Under the pieces are notes generated by a model. That model did no database searches, was not told the origin of the DNA, and saw only the letters and a program-made list of their open reading frames with translations. Of a stretch of 33,315 nt of DNA, positions 31,708 through 33,315 are shown in pieces. Position 1 is the stretch's first letter. Every line of letters starts with the position of its first letter. The position numbers were made by a program, and so were the translations under genes. Source of the stretch: Octopus bimaculoides (taxonomy: Eukaryota); NCBI RefSeq assembly GCF_001194135.2, contig NC_068984.1, positions 145,868,120 to 145,901,434 on the forward strand. The letters are read 5' to 3'.

Positions 31708-31950
31708 ATTGTTGTTTAGACCCGGATCCGTCCTGAACAGACAAATCCACCATCAAAAAGTGATGCGGGGAAATTCGGTTATTTCATGCCATGGCCATCC
31801 TATATCTTCTGTATATTCTATAGCTTAATGTACTCCCCCCCCCACTACATTATTCAATGTATCCTTCATTATTTTGTTATGACAGTGGGGAATATTTAGT
31901 TGCTATTTCTAACTGAAAGATCGACCACGTAATGTCTCCCGCGTTGGCTT
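31708..31950 (+). mobile_element. Unclassified interspersed repeat D, full copy
   Basis: Starts GTTGTTTAGACCCGG and ends TAGTTGCTATTTCTAAC..GACCACGTAATGTCTCCCGCGTTGGC. Both ends recur elsewhere in the window. Confidence 0.55.
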
Positions 31951-32009
31951 GTTGTCATGGTCGTCGTTGCTTTGATAACAGTCTACCAAGGTCAATCTGT
32001 CTCTATTTC

Positions 32010-32300
32010 GACATTCCATTCTCTCTCGCTCTCTCTCTCTCTGTCTGTATTTCTACGTTCTATTCATTTTATCTCTCTTTCTTTCCATTTTTCTATCTTT
32101 GTCTTTCCCTCCCTCTCTATCCTTCTATCTATCTCTATACATTCCATTCACTATCTCTCTCTCTCTCCCTCTGCGTATTTATCTGTTTTTCTATCTATCT
32201 CTCTATCTCTCTCTTTCTCTCTCTATCTCTCTCTCTCCCTCCCTCCCTCTCTGTATCTATATTTGTCTTCTTTCTATGCATCTCTATTTCCACATTCCAT
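32010..32300. repeat. Pyrimidine-rich (CT)/(CTAT) low-complexity tract
   Basis: Directly visible; it explains the Ser/Leu-rich ORFs at 31932-32525. Confidence 0.9.
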
Positions 32301-32544
32301 TCACAACATATTTTGGTCGTCATTTCCTTCTTCTCATTCAGTGTGAAAAGGAAAATAGACAAACACCCCGCAATGTCGTCGTCTGCTGACTGGCTGACGA
32401 TGATGACCGACCGACGACAAGCCACGACGACGGACCAACCTTTTTCCTCAAGTTTGGCCCCATTCCAGCTCATTCCTTTCGACCCGTCTATCAACTGTTG
32501 CATGCACTTAAACCGCTGCCACTAATACTACTACTGCTACTGCT

Positions 32545-32625
32545 GCTGTTTAGCCCGGAGTCGGCTGTGATTGAGTAGACAGGCTTGTGATCAAAGCCTT
32601 CCGACCATGACCACTCTGCCTTGTT
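32545..32625 (+). mobile_element. Repeat D, 5' fragment
   Basis: GCTGTTTAGCCCGGAGTCGGCTGTGATTGAGTAGACC..TGATCAAAGCCTTCCGACCATGACCA. Confidence 0.55.
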
Positions 32626-32637
32626 TTGTTTTTCTCA

Positions 32638-32990
32638 GACGTGGCTGTGGCATTCACTTTTTCCCAACTATTTGTTTATGGGTTCGATCCCACTCGTGTG
32701 ATTCTTTAAGCAAGTATCTTCTATCATAGCCCCGGGCCAACCAAAGCCTTGTGAATGGATTTGGTAGACGGAAACTGGAAGAAGCCCACCATATATGTAT
32801 GTGCGAGTTTTTGTGCCTGTGTCTGACCTCCACTACTACTTGACAACCGGTGTTGGTTTGTATACACCGCTGTAACTTAGTGATTCGGTTGACCGATAAA
32901 ATAAGTTCTTTGGTCGATTTTCTCGACTAATCCCTTCAGGGCGGTGCCCCAGCATGGTCGTAGTGTACAAAGACCAAAAACGGTAAAAGA
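32638..32990 (+). mobile_element. SINE family A, full-length copy
   Basis: Head GTGGCTGTGG, B-box GGTTCGATCCC (32681), CCAAAGCCTTGTGAATGGATTTGGTAGACGGAAACTG, body CTTGACAACCGGTGTTGG and tail GGCGGTGCCCCAGCATGG..GTAAAAGA. Confidence 0.9.
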
Positions 32991-33039
32991 TGAAAGACAT
33001 CTTGGACTACTCTATCTAAATACGTCTTGTTTGTTTTTT

Positions 33040-33105
33040 TAAAACGAATGGATGGGATTTGAGGGAGCTTTAGCTGCTATCTCGACCAGATTAAACCTCC
33101 TCATA
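33040..33105 (+). mobile_element. Repeat D, tail fragment
   Basis: GGGATTTGAGGGAGCTTTAGCTGCTATCTCGACC..CATAGAGG matches the reverse complement of 17655-17712. Confidence 0.55.
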
Positions 33106-33111
33106 GAGGAA

Positions 33112-33262
33112 TGGGTTAAGTCGATCACATCGACTCCAGTACTTAACTGGTTCTTTATTGTCATCGGACTCCGAAGGGATCAAAGGCAAAGTCGGTCACG
33201 GGTGGAATTTGAACTCAGAACATAACGAACCGGAAGAAACACCCCTCAGCGTTTTTCCCCAC
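33112..33262 (-). mobile_element. SINE family B copy
   Basis: AGTCGATCACATCGACTCCAGTAC..AAAGGCAAAGTCGG..GGAATTTGAACTCAGAAC aligns with 25915-26010. Confidence 0.8.
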
Positions 33263-33281
33263 ATGATTGTGCTAACTTTCC

Positions 33282-33312
<31 letters not shown>

Positions 33313-33315
33313 TAT

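Noticed and set aside
31932-32525. 197-aa Ser/Leu/Phe-rich ORF resembling a membrane protein
   Set aside because: It derives from a (CT)/(CTAT) low-complexity tract, and the hydrophobicity is compositional.

Overview
Gene-poor, repeat-dense eukaryotic DNA from a gapped short-read draft assembly, with five N-runs (1300-1309, 3151-3862, 5833-6457, 14206-14471, 28474-28985). The SINE families and microsatellite content resemble an octopus (coleoid cephalopod) genome; this is inferred from recalled repeat consensus sequences, not from a search. I found no supportable host coding exon, true tRNA/rRNA gene or CRISPR array. The long ORFs in the track are N-gap or microsatellite artefacts. What I can support is a layered transposon graveyard. 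(1) Decayed non-LTR retrotransposon fragments: R4/Dong-like RT (2110-3092 -), RTE-like RT (12720-13450 -), RTE-like 3' ends and two CR1/Jockey-group 3' ends. (2) An internally deleted DD37D (maT) Tc1/mariner element with an intact right TIR plus TA (5014-5776). (3) Tigger/pogo-like and hAT/Charlie-like MITEs, one with a perfect 8-bp TSD. (4) At least three tRNA-derived SINE families (labelled A, B, C here) and an unclassified ~240-bp repeat (D). The items most worth follow-up are a Penelope-type minimal hammerhead-ribozyme-like motif (18771-18797), a near-perfect 51-bp palindrome (12171-12221), inverted SINE pairs and mirrored microsatellites that could form dsRNA editing substrates, head/tail-swapped SINEs, and two non-repeat islands with clustered TALE/Hox or CCAAT sites. 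I see no convincing novel multi-gene system. The window is most likely intronic or intergenic.
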